Shown here piece after piece: positions 48,621 through 57,998 of a DNA stretch of 64,000 bases; the first letter of the stretch is position 1, and each line of letters opens with the position of its first letter. Location: positions 53,143 through 117,142 of the forward strand of contig DIFQ01000001.1 in assembly GCA_002419215.1 (NCBI GenBank). Direction: 5' to 3'. Source of the DNA: Syntrophaceae bacterium UBA5744 (GTDB taxonomy: Bacteria > Desulfobacterota > Syntrophia > Syntrophales > UBA2192). A model generated the notes under the pieces. That model was not told the origin of the DNA. It worked only from the letters and a program-made list of their open reading frames with translations, and searched no databases. Both the position numbers and the translations under genes were made by a program.

Positions 48621-49100
48621 CTACTTGCGTGCCTTGAATGTCCAGGCGTGGTTGATGAGGTAGTTCATCACGGCTGTAATGCCGATCGCGAGGAAATTGG
48701 CCAGCAGGTAGTACATATATCGCTTCAGAAAATTCGTGAAAACGAACTGGAGAGCAATGGCGAGCCAGCAGGCCGCACAATACTGCATGAACTGGACGGC
48801 GATGGACTTGCTGATGAGGGCTTTCCGGTCCCCCCAGGTCCAGGCCCTGTTCCAGATGAAGTTGTGCAGAGTGGCGAAAAAAATAGCCGTGGCGAGTGAC
48901 AGGTTGAATCTCAAACCGCCGGAATCGATCCCGGGATACACAAATTCCTGGGCAATATAAAGAACGGCCAGATTGACGAGAGTCCCTGAAAATCCAACGG
49001 CACCGAATTTTGCGAAGCGCTGCTTTACCAGCCACTCCCCGCCGGGCAGCCGGGATACGGCGTCCTTGACGGTCTGCTTGAACCGCAACAAGCCGCTCAT
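48621..49100 (-). CDS. GtrA family membrane protein
   Basis: 159 aa, four TM segments. FAKFGAVGFSGTLVNL and HNFIWNRAWTW motifs. Confidence 0.75.
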   Translation of the reverse strand: MSGLLRFKQTVKDAVSRLPGGEWLVKQRFAKFGAVGFSGTLVNLAVLYIAQEFVYPGIDSGGLRFNLSLATAIFFATLHNFIWNRAWTWGDRKALISKSIAVQFMQYCAACWLAIALQFVFTNFLKRYMYYLLANFLAIGITAVMNYLINHAWTFKARK

Positions 49101-50302
49101 CGAACCGCTTCCTTCCCCAGCATCTCAAGGGCGCACTCCAGCACCGACTCCGGGGCGATGACCTTCAGGCACTGGTTGTCCCCGTCACAGGGCGAATTGC
49201 GGTGATTGTAGGCCGTCAGGCAGGGCGAGCAGGCGATCCCGCTGAAAAATACCTTCGCTGAGGGGCTGTTCGGCCCGTAGAGATCCGGGGTCTCCGGACC
49301 GAAAAAGAGGATCGACCGGATCGGCGTCATGACGGCGAATTGCCCGGGACCGCCGTCGTTTGTGATCAGCAGAGACGAGAAATGGAACAACACCAGCAGC
49401 TCCCGGATCGTCTTCGTGTAACCGGTCAGGTCGATGCACAGGGGGCTTCTGCAATGGTTCAGGATAGCCGCGGCGAGACCCTTGTCGGCGGGCAGCCCGA
49501 TGACCGCCACGGCAATGCCCCTGTCGATGAGGTCCTTCGCAGTCCGGCAGAAATATTCCAGGGGCCAGGCCCGGATCGGCAGGATGCCCCCGCTGGGGTA
49601 GATCAGCACGAGTTTTTTCCCCGCCACCGCCGGGAAATCTGCGAGGAGCCTCTCTTGCATCGCCTCCTGCTCGCCTTCCTTCAGTTGCAGCCTCGGGGCC
49701 TCCTTGGGGACAGTCTCGATGGACACCCGCTTGTTTTTCGGCACGGACCTCGACTCGATGGCGTCCACGAGGGCCAGGAACTGATCGCTGATGTGGCGAT
49801 AGGGGTTGTACAGGACGGGCCGGTTGATGAAATCGCCCCGGTAGAGCCCTTCCATCGTATGCCGGTGGAATCCGACCCGGACAGGCGCCCCGCTGAAAAA
49901 GGAGAAGATGCTGCTCACACGGGCAAAGAGCTCGCAGTCGATCACGACGTCGAAGCGCAGCTCCCGCATTTTTCGAAGGACAAAAAGGCTGTCGCCGACG
50001 AGACCCCCGAGAGAGCGGTCGCTGAGTGTCATCACGTTTTCAGGGGGAATGACTTCGAGCAGATCCAGGATCTCGCGGTTCTTCTCGAAGACGAGGGCGT
50101 GGATCGAGGCCTGCGGGTACTTTTCCCGGATTCTCCGGAACAGGGAACAGCCCAGCACGAGGCTGCCCATTTCGGACAGCAGGATGATCAGGATGCGCCG
50201 AGGCGTCCCCGCCGGCTCGCGCTTTCCCGCAAAGAGGGACAGGGCCCGGCAGAGGAGAGGCCCAACCCCCTGATCGATCTTTCTCTGTAGTCCTACATCC
50301 AT
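49097..50302 (-). CDS. glycosyltransferase family 9 (heptosyltransferase-like)
   Basis: RILIILLSEMGS...NDGGPGQFA pattern. 4-nt overlap with gtrA. Confidence 0.75.
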   Translation of the reverse strand: MDVGLQRKIDQGVGPLLCRALSLFAGKREPAGTPRRILIILLSEMGSLVLGCSLFRRIREKYPQASIHALVFEKNREILDLLEVIPPENVMTLSDRSLGGLVGDSLFVLRKMRELRFDVVIDCELFARVSSIFSFFSGAPVRVGFHRHTMEGLYRGDFINRPVLYNPYRHISDQFLALVDAIESRSVPKNKRVSIETVPKEAPRLQLKEGEQEAMQERLLADFPAVAGKKLVLIYPSGGILPIRAWPLEYFCRTAKDLIDRGIAVAVIGLPADKGLAAAILNHCRSPLCIDLTGYTKTIRELLVLFHFSSLLITNDGGPGQFAVMTPIRSILFFGPETPDLYGPNSPSAKVFFSGIACSPCLTAYNHRNSPCDGDNQCLKVIAPESVLECALEMLGKEAVR

Positions 50303-50394
50303 TTCCGATCGTTTTCCTTGTCGGCGCGACGGTCAGGCGTTCGAGGTTTCCCGCCGACCCTTCCTGATCGATGTCCGGTGCTTCCGCATTGCAG

Positions 50395-51090
50395 TCATGC
50401 CGTTGCCCGACGTTCCGTCAACCCTTCCCGATCGAGACGGAAAAGGTAATAAAGGATGAGCCCCGTGAGATAGACCAGGATACCCGACCAGATCACGTCG
50501 GTCAGGAAATGGCCGCCCTGGACCATCCTGCCCAGGCCCATCAGAGAGCCATAGAAAATGCCGGCCGCCAGGGCCCTTCCTGCCCATCGGGGCGCCCTGC
50601 GCCTGAGCACGAAAAAGGGGGCCATGAGGAAAAACCCGACGGCCGCGTGGCCCGACGGAAAGGATCGTCCCTGCCCCGTTGTCCCCGGGTTCCAGCAGGG
50701 CCGGTAGGTTTCCGACCCGCCGAACTGGACGATGTCCGCAGGCCTCGGTCTTCCCCAGTGATCCTTGAACACCGTGTTGACGACCAGGCCGGGTCCCAGG
50801 GCCAGAAGGGCGACCACGAACAGGGCCGCCATCCTGTCGGGGCGAAACCGCTCTTTAAAAAAGCTCAACACGAAAGCAATGGCCCCCATCGCCCCAAGAG
50901 CGAAGGCGGGAAGATTGCCGAAATGGTAGAGGAAGGCCCATGGTTCCCGATCACCCAGGGACCAGCCACGGCCCGGGCTGTAGAACAGGGACTGGACCGC
51001 CAGATCTGCGCCGGCCAGATCAATCGCCCCCGTGGCCGCCACGGCGGCCAGCAATGGGATCAGAAAGTCGGCAAGGATGCCTCTTCTCAT
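50395..51090 (-). CDS. PAP2 superfamily lipid phosphatase
   Basis: KDHWGRPRP, SFPSGHAA and GGHFLTDV (the three PAP2 motifs). Multi-TM. Confidence 0.8.
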   Translation of the reverse strand: MRRGILADFLIPLLAAVAATGAIDLAGADLAVQSLFYSPGRGWSLGDREPWAFLYHFGNLPAFALGAMGAIAFVLSFFKERFRPDRMAALFVVALLALGPGLVVNTVFKDHWGRPRPADIVQFGGSETYRPCWNPGTTGQGRSFPSGHAAVGFFLMAPFFVLRRRAPRWAGRALAAGIFYGSLMGLGRMVQGGHFLTDVIWSGILVYLTGLILYYLFRLDREGLTERRATA

Positions 51091-51359
51091 ATCCGCTCAA
51101 TGAAAAATGGCCTCGCGGGAGGCACTCGAAAGATGGGCAAATAAAGCACACCTGCGGCGCCGAGTCAACTTCTTTACCGTGGGATTCCGGTATTTTACAG
51201 TCTCAGCGCCCATCCCTGCCACACTCCTTCCTTCTTGACAAGCGATCCGATTTCCCTCAGATTGGTTCAACTTGGCCTGGTGGATCGATGACGCGTGTTT
51301 TTCAGGCACGAAACGGGCAGCAGGGACCATTGCACAGGACACAACAAAGGAGTCCTCCC

Positions 51360-52424
51360 ATGACAAGCCCCCCTCCCTCACGGGACCTGACCCGCACGAC
51401 GCTGGCGGTTCTCTTTATCGGTGTTCTCATCGCAGCCAATTTCTTCATTCTGAAGCCGTTTATTCCCGCTTTCGTCTGGGCAGTGACGATCGTCGTGGCA
51501 ACCTGGCCGATCATGCTTCGCATGCAGGCATGGCTCGGGGGTAAACGCTCGCTCGCCGTGGCCGCCATGACGCTGGTGCTTTTACTGCTTTTTGTCGTTC
51601 CCTTTACGTTTGCCGTGGTGACCCTCGTCGAGAATTCTGACAGGATCACGGGCGGGCTCAAGTCCCTCGAAACGCAAGGGCTGCCGCCTCCTCCCGACTG
51701 GGTTGCCCGGGTGCCGCTGGCCGGACGCAGGCTTTCGGAGTCGTGGCGGGAGCTTGCCTCCGGAGGCCCGGAAGGTCTATCGGCCCAATTGGTCCCGTAT
51801 GCGAAGCAGATCGTTACCTGGTTCGTCGACCAGGCCGGCAGCATCGGGATGATGCTCGTCCAGTTTCTGCTCACCGTCGTCATTTCTGCGATCCTGTATG
51901 CCAGCGGCGAATCCGCGGCGGTTGCCTTCCGCAGATTTGTCCGGCGCATTGCCGGGCAGCAGGGCGACGATGTGACCGTATTGGCCGCCCACGCGATCCG
52001 GGGGGTCGCATTGGGGGTTGGCGTCACCGCCCTCGTTCAGTCCGCCTTGGGAGGCATCGGCCTCGCCGTGGCCGGCGTGCCTGCCGCGATGGTGCTGACG
52101 GCGGTGATGTTCATCCTCTGCATCGCACAACTGGGTCCCGCGCTTATCCTTTTCCCTGCGGTGGTCTGGCTCTTCTGGAGTGACCAGACCGTCTGGGGCA
52201 GCGTTCTTCTGGTCTGGTCGCTTGCCGTCGCCAGCCTGGACAATTTCCTCAGGCCCATTCTCATCAAGAAGGGAGCGGATCTTCCCCTGCTGCTGATCTT
52301 CGCCGGCGTGATCGGGGGCCTCATCGCCTTCGGCATCATCGGCCTCTTCATTGGTCCCGTGGTTCTTGCAGTAACCCATTCCCTTCTCGGGGCCTGGGTG
52401 AAAGGGGGCGTTGAGGCGAAATAA
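51360..52424 (+). CDS. AI-2E family transporter (PerM-like permease)
   Basis: Starts at the ATG at 51360 after AAAGGAG. Eight TM segments. FLRPILIKKGADLP resembles the AI-2E family. Confidence 0.8.
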   Translation: MTSPPPSRDLTRTTLAVLFIGVLIAANFFILKPFIPAFVWAVTIVVATWPIMLRMQAWLGGKRSLAVAAMTLVLLLLFVVPFTFAVVTLVENSDRITGGLKSLETQGLPPPPDWVARVPLAGRRLSESWRELASGGPEGLSAQLVPYAKQIVTWFVDQAGSIGMMLVQFLLTVVISAILYASGESAAVAFRRFVRRIAGQQGDDVTVLAAHAIRGVALGVGVTALVQSALGGIGLAVAGVPAAMVLTAVMFILCIAQLGPALILFPAVVWLFWSDQTVWGSVLLVWSLAVASLDNFLRPILIKKGADLPLLLIFAGVIGGLIAFGIIGLFIGPVVLAVTHSLLGAWVKGGVEAK

Positions 52425-52466
52425 AAAGACCTGCCGCGCATCGAATGACTCGACACGCGGCAGGTC
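52421..52466 (-). terminator. terminator hairpin between the convergent AI-2E and HAD genes
   Basis: Perfect 11-bp stem: GACCTGCCGCG (52428-38) with CGCGGCAGGTC (52456-66). The minus strand continues TTTTTATTT. There is no U-run on the + side. Confidence 0.6.
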
Positions 52467-52514
52467 CTTGCCGGCGCTCACGGCCCGACCCCGGGTCTTA
52501 TCTGCTGAGTCCGT

Positions 52515-53189
52515 TTACCGACCGGGGTGAAAACCGTTGTCCGACAGAAAATCCCTTACATCCCTGAAGGTGCGGTATTTGCGAAGACCCTGCTGCTTCT
52601 TCTGTGCCATGCGCGTCCAGAGGATCCCTTTGGCGAAGACGAGATCCGCTTTCCGGGCGGGGCACAGGTCGGAATACCCGTCTCCGACGTAGAGGATCTT
52701 CCCGAACCGGTCCCTGCTGGCCTGCAGGATGTTGCTCTTGCAGGTCCCGCACTTGTTGCACGCCTCGTTGGCGTGGGGAAATTCGATCGACAGGGGCCTC
52801 CCGTCATGGAAGGTCATCACGTTGGAATAGAAGGGGATGTCGGCAAACCCGTGTTTCCGGAGAACAAAGTCGATGTAGAAATCCAAACCGTCGGAGACGA
52901 CTTTCACATCGATGCCGTGCTCCCGGCAGAAGGCGTAGAATTCCTTGAAGTGGGGGTCGACGACGGTGTTTTCCGCCACGAACCGCAGCATGTCCTCCCG
53001 GGTCCCTCCCAGGATCGCGACGATGCGGCCATAGGCCTCCCTGGATCCGATCCGGCCCTCGCAGTAGTCCCGGTCGATGTCGTCCCAGCCCTGGCCGCTG
53101 AATTTCAGGAGCACCTCGTAGCCCACGTCGGTGAGGCTCAGGGTTCCGTCAAAATCGGTGATGACCAGAAGCGGTTTCTTTGTTGCCAT
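52515..53189 (-). CDS. HAD-IB family phosphatase (MtnX-like)
   Basis: LLVITDFDGTL (DxDxT motif) and YVGDGYSD. Start moved to the ATG at 53189. Confidence 0.65.
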   Translation of the reverse strand: MATKKPLLVITDFDGTLSLTDVGYEVLLKFSGQGWDDIDRDYCEGRIGSREAYGRIVAILGGTREDMLRFVAENTVVDPHFKEFYAFCREHGIDVKVVSDGLDFYIDFVLRKHGFADIPFYSNVMTFHDGRPLSIEFPHANEACNKCGTCKSNILQASRDRFGKILYVGDGYSDLCPARKADLVFAKGILWTRMAQKKQQGLRKYRTFRDVRDFLSDNGFHPGR

Positions 53190-53206
53190 CCCGTCGATTC
53201 TTTCCC

Positions 53207-53530
53207 TCAGGATTCCTTTTTCCGCATGGTCTTGAACAGGAAAAACGCCACGACGATGAGAAGCGCCGATCGCACCAGGTTCATGGTCATCGCCCCCACC
53301 TGGTCGAACCAGTTCTCGAAGAACAGAAACAGCAGCCCCGCCGCCCCGATGATCCATCCGCCCGCGTCCTTCGGGCTCTGGACCAGGGTAAACAGGGCAA
53401 ACACGATGATCAGGATGGGCCAGCTCCTGTCCAGGCCGTAGATGCCGAAGGAGCTCAGCAGCACGAGCACCCCCAGGGTCAACAGGATCACCGCACCGGA
53501 TGCAATTCTCATCCTCTCTTTCGCTTCCAT
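53207..53530 (-). CDS. hypothetical small membrane protein
   Basis: 107 aa with three or four hydrophobic helices. Tightly packed between flanking genes. No family recognised. Confidence 0.4.
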   Translation of the reverse strand: MEAKERMRIASGAVILLTLGVLVLLSSFGIYGLDRSWPILIIVFALFTLVQSPKDAGGWIIGAAGLLFLFFENWFDQVGAMTMNLVRSALLIVVAFFLFKTMRKKES

Positions 53531-53571
53531 GCTCTCTGCTCCTTTCCGTAAATCAGATCATGGGTGAAGTC

Positions 53572-54324
53572 TCAACCCTTGTCCTCCCTTTTGAACAAGA
53601 TGTTCAGCATGTCGATGGGGATGGGGAAGACCGTCGTCGTGTTGTTTTCCGTCCCGATCTGGACCAGCGTCTGAAGATAGCGCAGCTGGAGCGCCATCGG
53701 CTGCTGCTGCATGACGGCGGCGGCTTCGGAGAGCTTCTGGGCGGCCTGGAACTCGCCCTCTGCGGCGATGACCTTGGCGCGCCGCTCGCGCTCCGCCTCG
53801 GCCTGCTTCGCCATGGCCCGCTGCATCTCCTGCGGCAGATCGATGTATTTCACCTCCACGTGGGTCACCTTGATCCCCCAGGGGTCTGTGCTGCGGTCCA
53901 GGATCTCCTGGATGTGGATATTGACCTTTTCCCGGGATGCCAAAATCTCGTCGAGCTCTACCTGCCCGCAGACGCTTCGGAGCGTCGTCTGGGCGAGCTG
54001 TGAGGTGGCATAGAGGTAGTTCTCCACCTCGACGATGGCATTCATGGAGTCGACCACGCGGAAGTATACGACGGCGTTGACCTTGATGGAGACGTTGTCG
54101 CGGGTGATGACGTCCTGCGACGGCACGTCCATGGTGATCGTGCGCGTGTCCACTCGGACCATGCGGTCCACGACGGGAATGAGGATGATCAGGCCGGGCC
54201 CCTTCGTGGGAATGATCCGTCCCAGGCGGAAGATGACGGCCCGTTCGTATTCGTTGAGGATCCGGATGGAAGCGGCCAGGAACATGATGACAAGAACGAC
54301 AAGCACGAGAATGGTATACATCAT
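53572..54324 (-). CDS. SPFH/band 7 (stomatin-like, slipin) protein
   Basis: N-terminal [14 protein letters not shown], coiled-coil [14 protein letters not shown]. Confidence 0.85.
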   Translation of the reverse strand: MMYTILVLVVLVIMFLAASIRILNEYERAVIFRLGRIIPTKGPGLIILIPVVDRMVRVDTRTITMDVPSQDVITRDNVSIKVNAVVYFRVVDSMNAIVEVENYLYATSQLAQTTLRSVCGQVELDEILASREKVNIHIQEILDRSTDPWGIKVTHVEVKYIDLPQEMQRAMAKQAEAERERRAKVIAAEGEFQAAQKLSEAAAVMQQQPMALQLRYLQTLVQIGTENNTTTVFPIPIDMLNILFKREDKG

Positions 54325-54335
54325 GGAAACCCCCT

Positions 54336-55655
54336 TTATGAGCGTTCTTCGACTTCGATTTTCAGTTCTTTGACGCCGACGACTTCGACGCGCTTGCCCT
54401 TTCCGATGGGCGCCTTGCTGAAGGCATTCCAGTACTCTCCCCGGATGAGCACCTTGCCCTGCTCGTGGATGTCCGACAGGGACTCCCCGATCGCGCCGAT
54501 CATGCCTTCCCCCCCGGTGTGAACCTTGCGCATCTGGGCCCGGACGGCGATTGAGATGACGGCGATGAAGAACAGGGAAACGATCGTCACGGCCGGAATC
54601 AGAACGCTCCAGGAGACCCGGAGGGCCGGGTCGGGCGACTCGAAGAGCATGATGGAGCCCAGGACGAGCGAGACGACGCCCCCCATGGTGAGGATCCCGT
54701 GGCTGACCACCTTGATCTCGGCGACAAAAAGGATCACGGCGAAGATGATCAGCAGGATTCCTGCATAATTCACAGGCAGGGTCTGGAAGGCGAAGAAGGC
54801 CAGGATCAGCGAGATCCCGCCGATGATTCCCGGCAGGACGACCCCCGGCGAGGAAAACTCGAAGTACAGCCCTGCAAGCCCCAGGAGGAACAGGATGAAT
54901 GCGATGTTGGGGTTCGAGATGGTGATGAGCACCTTCTCGCGGAATCCCATCTCCTTGCGATTGACCTCGGCCCCTTTCGTTTTTAAGACTCTGCTGCCGG
55001 AAACAAGTTTCACTTCCCGCCCGTCGATCTTCGCCAGGAGATCAGCCATGTCCGTTGCGATCAGGTCGATCACTTTCAGCTTCAGGGCCTCCTCGGCCGT
55101 CACGGAGACGCTCTTGCGGATGGCCTCCTCGATCCAGTCGGCGTTGCGGCCCTTCTGTTCGGCGATGCCCCTGCCGTAGGCCACGGCGTCATTCTCGACC
55201 TTCTCCATCATCGTCTCGTCGGCCTTGCCCATACCCATGGCCACGGGATGGGCCGCGCCGATGTTGGTCCCGGGGGCCATGGCCGCCACGTGGGCCGAGA
55301 TCGTGATGAGCACGCCGGCCGAGGCCGCCCGCGCGCCCGAGGGGGACACGTAGACGATGACGGGAACGGGGGCGTTGAGGCACTCCTTGATGATGTCCCG
55401 CATGGAGAGGTCGAGCCCCCCCGGCGTGTCGAGCTGGATGACGATGGCCTCGGAGCCCGACTCGGCGGCCTGCTTCACGCTTTTCAGGATATACTCGCCG
55501 ATGGGCGGCGTGATGACCTCGTTGACGGTGATGACATCGACGACGCGCTTCTCCTCGGCGGCCTGAAGAACGAAACCGGGGGCCATGGCCGCAAGGATCA
55601 GCGCGGCCGCAATGGCCAGCAGCACAGGAGTTTTCTTATCCGGGGTTTTCTTCAT
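54336..55655 (-). CDS. NfeD-family membrane-bound serine protease (ClpP-class, stomatin operon partner)
   Basis: Signal peptide, ClpP-like domain, TM bundle and C-terminal OB (NfeD) domain. Immediately upstream of the SPFH gene. Confidence 0.8.
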   Translation of the reverse strand: MKKTPDKKTPVLLAIAAALILAAMAPGFVLQAAEEKRVVDVITVNEVITPPIGEYILKSVKQAAESGSEAIVIQLDTPGGLDLSMRDIIKECLNAPVPVIVYVSPSGARAASAGVLITISAHVAAMAPGTNIGAAHPVAMGMGKADETMMEKVENDAVAYGRGIAEQKGRNADWIEEAIRKSVSVTAEEALKLKVIDLIATDMADLLAKIDGREVKLVSGSRVLKTKGAEVNRKEMGFREKVLITISNPNIAFILFLLGLAGLYFEFSSPGVVLPGIIGGISLILAFFAFQTLPVNYAGILLIIFAVILFVAEIKVVSHGILTMGGVVSLVLGSIMLFESPDPALRVSWSVLIPAVTIVSLFFIAVISIAVRAQMRKVHTGGEGMIGAIGESLSDIHEQGKVLIRGEYWNAFSKAPIGKGKRVEVVGVKELKIEVEERS

Positions 55656-55664
55656 GGCTTGTCC

Positions 55665-56408
55665 TCACAGGATCTTCATGATTTTCTGCACATCTTCCCA
55701 GACCAGCTTTTTCGCGTCGGGGTTGCGAAGAAGGTACGCCGGGTGATAGGTCGGCATGAGCTTGCGGCCGTGGTAGTCGTGGAACTTACCCCGGATCGAT
55801 GAGATGGGCGCTTCGGTACGAAGCAGCGTCTTCGCCGCGAAGGTCCCCAACGCGCAGATGATCTCCGGGTTGATGGCCTCCAGCTGCTTCACCAGGAAGG
55901 GCTCGCAGGTGGCGATTTCGTCCTCCTTCGGGTTGCGGTTGCCGGGCGGCCGGCATTTCAGGATGTTGCAGATGTACACGTCTTCCCGCGCAAGCCCCAT
56001 GGCGCTGATGATCTTCGTCAGAAGCTGGCCCGCCCGGCCCACGAACGGCCGGCCCTGGTTGTCTTCCTCTTCACCGGGGGCCTCGCCGACGAAGACGAGC
56101 TTCGCCCCGGGGCTTCCCTCGCCGAAGACGAGGTTTCTGCGCGTGCGGTGAAGCGGGCACCGGGCACAGTCGCCCAGTTCTTCCCGGACCGCAGCCAGCG
56201 ACAGGGGCACTTTGCGGACGCCGGCTTGGGCCGCGGCCTTTACGGACCGATGAGCCTCCTTGCCCCCTTCCTCCCGGCGGGGAAGCCCTGCGCCTTTCAG
56301 GATCAGGCGCGAGACGGGGTTGTAGGCATCCCGTTCGTTCGCAACGTGATTTCTCAGGGCGCCCACGAGATTCCGCAGCTCGCTGTGGAGATCATCTTTT
56401 TTTTGCAC
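55665..56408 (-). CDS. uracil-DNA glycosylase, family 4
   Basis: CxxCPL...VFGEGSPGAKLVFVGEAPGEEEDNQGRPFVGRAGQLL motif. The proposed GTG start at 56408 overlaps the coaBC end by 17 nt; the exact start is uncertain. Confidence 0.78.
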   Translation of the reverse strand: MQKKDDLHSELRNLVGALRNHVANERDAYNPVSRLILKGAGLPRREEGGKEAHRSVKAAAQAGVRKVPLSLAAVREELGDCARCPLHRTRRNLVFGEGSPGAKLVFVGEAPGEEEDNQGRPFVGRAGQLLTKIISAMGLAREDVYICNILKCRPPGNRNPKEDEIATCEPFLVKQLEAINPEIICALGTFAAKTLLRTEAPISSIRGKFHDYHGRKLMPTYHPAYLLRNPDAKKLVWEDVQKIMKIL

Positions 56409-57612
56409 GCGAGGCCCCTTTTCTCTTCCCCGTAAGCTCCAGCACCCGATCCAGGATCCGGGCGGCAACGTCCATCTTGTCCATCAGGGGCAGGTCCACC
56501 GAGCCCCCGTCGCGATCGAGGATCTTGACGATGTTCGTCTCCGCCGCAAAACCCGCGCCGGCCTGGGTGATGTCATTTGCCACGATGAGGTCCATGTTCT
56601 TTTCCATCATCTTCTCCGTGGCGTACCCGATCAGGTTGTCCGTTTCTACGGCAAACCCCACCAGGATCCGGTTGCCTTTGACGCGGCCCACCTCGGAGAT
56701 GATGTCGGGGTTGCGCTCGAGGCGGAACTCCAAAGGCTTCTGAGCCTTCTTGATCTTCGATTCGGAGAATTCCGCCGGCCGATAATCGGCCACGGCGGCG
56801 GATTTGACGACGACGGTGGCCTTCTCCAGATGGGCCATGACGGCGTCCCGCATCTGTCGCGCCGAGGAGACGGACACAAATTCCACGCCCCGCGGCTGCG
56901 GAAGGCTGGTGGGGCCGCTGACGAGCGTGACCGTCGCCCCGCGGCGCTTGGCCACGAGGGCCACGGCGTAGCCCATCTTGCCCGTGGAGTAGTTCGTGAT
57001 GAACCGGACGGGATCGAAGGCTTCCCGGGTGGGCCCCGCAGTGACGAGGACATGCTGCCCCGACAGATCCTTCTCCGTGAGGATGTCTTCCGCGTCCTCG
57101 ACGATGTCTTCCAGGCAAGCAAGCCGGCCATAGCCTTCCGTCTTGCACGCCAGCTCGCCGTAGCCGGCATCGACGAACCGGTATCCCGTCGCTGCCAGCT
57201 TCTCCCTGTTCTGCCGCACGATGGGGTTTGCGTACATGTTCACGTTCATGGCGGGGCAGATGAGGACAGGGGCCCGGGTGGCCATGATCGTCGTCGTCAA
57301 CAGATCGTCGGCGATCCCATGGGCGATCTTCCCGATCACGTTTGCCGTTGCCGGAGCCACGACAACGATGTGGGCGCTCTCGGCCAGCGAGATGTGCCCG
57401 ATCTCCCATTCTCCCGTCAGCTGGAATGTGTCCACGTAGACGGGGTTTCCCGTGAGGGTCTGGAAGGTAAGCGGTGCGACGAACTCCGTTGCGTTTTTCG
57501 TCATGATGACGTGGACGCCTGCCCCGCGTTTGATGAATTCCCGGGCCAGCTCTGCCGCTTTGTATGCCGCAATGCCGCCGGTCACCCCGAGGACGATCTT
57601 CTTGCCTTTCAT
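56392..57612 (-). CDS. coaBC: bifunctional phosphopantothenoylcysteine decarboxylase / phosphopantothenate-cysteine ligase
   Basis: KKIVLGVTGGIAAYKA flavoprotein N-terminus and CoaB C-terminal half. 406 aa. Confidence 0.9.
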   Translation of the reverse strand: MKGKKIVLGVTGGIAAYKAAELAREFIKRGAGVHVIMTKNATEFVAPLTFQTLTGNPVYVDTFQLTGEWEIGHISLAESAHIVVVAPATANVIGKIAHGIADDLLTTTIMATRAPVLICPAMNVNMYANPIVRQNREKLAATGYRFVDAGYGELACKTEGYGRLACLEDIVEDAEDILTEKDLSGQHVLVTAGPTREAFDPVRFITNYSTGKMGYAVALVAKRRGATVTLVSGPTSLPQPRGVEFVSVSSARQMRDAVMAHLEKATVVVKSAAVADYRPAEFSESKIKKAQKPLEFRLERNPDIISEVGRVKGNRILVGFAVETDNLIGYATEKMMEKNMDLIVANDITQAGAGFAAETNIVKILDRDGGSVDLPLMDKMDVAARILDRVLELTGKRKGASRAKKR

Positions 57613-57905
57613 CCGTTTCGCTCTCCGTATCTTTTTTTCCGGCTCCCCGGCACGGTCGCCGATCCGTCAACCACAACGAGAGGCCGATCCCCCTCAGGCC
57701 CCTGCAGGAATGCCCCGGAAAGTCAGATGTCAGGCGATGGACCCGAAATCGGGCAGCAGGTTCCGGAAACCCGCAAGCCGCTCCCGGAGCCGCGACCGGA
57801 CGAGCGGAAACCCTGCATTCTGAATATAACAAATCATGTGGAACGTCAAGGAATGAAAGCCTTTTTGGACTTTCGCCCCTTCCGGCCGCGGCAGGGTCAT
57901 GGGAC

Positions 57906-57933
57906 TTGAATTTTTTTTGATTCGGGGTATGAT
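57906..57933 (+). promoter_or_regulatory. sigma-70-type promoter for the second M23 peptidase
   Basis: TTGAAT-N16-TATGAT. Confidence 0.5.
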
Positions 57934-57998
57934 GGGCCACGATTCGGGCTCATTCGCAGGATCCCCGAAGCCAGTCCACCCATGGAGTACAAGCCGTC

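Noticed and set aside
53572-55655. NfeD-SPFH pair as a novel system
   Set aside because: This is a well-known conserved operon (stomatin-like protein plus its partner protease). Nothing about this copy looks unusual.
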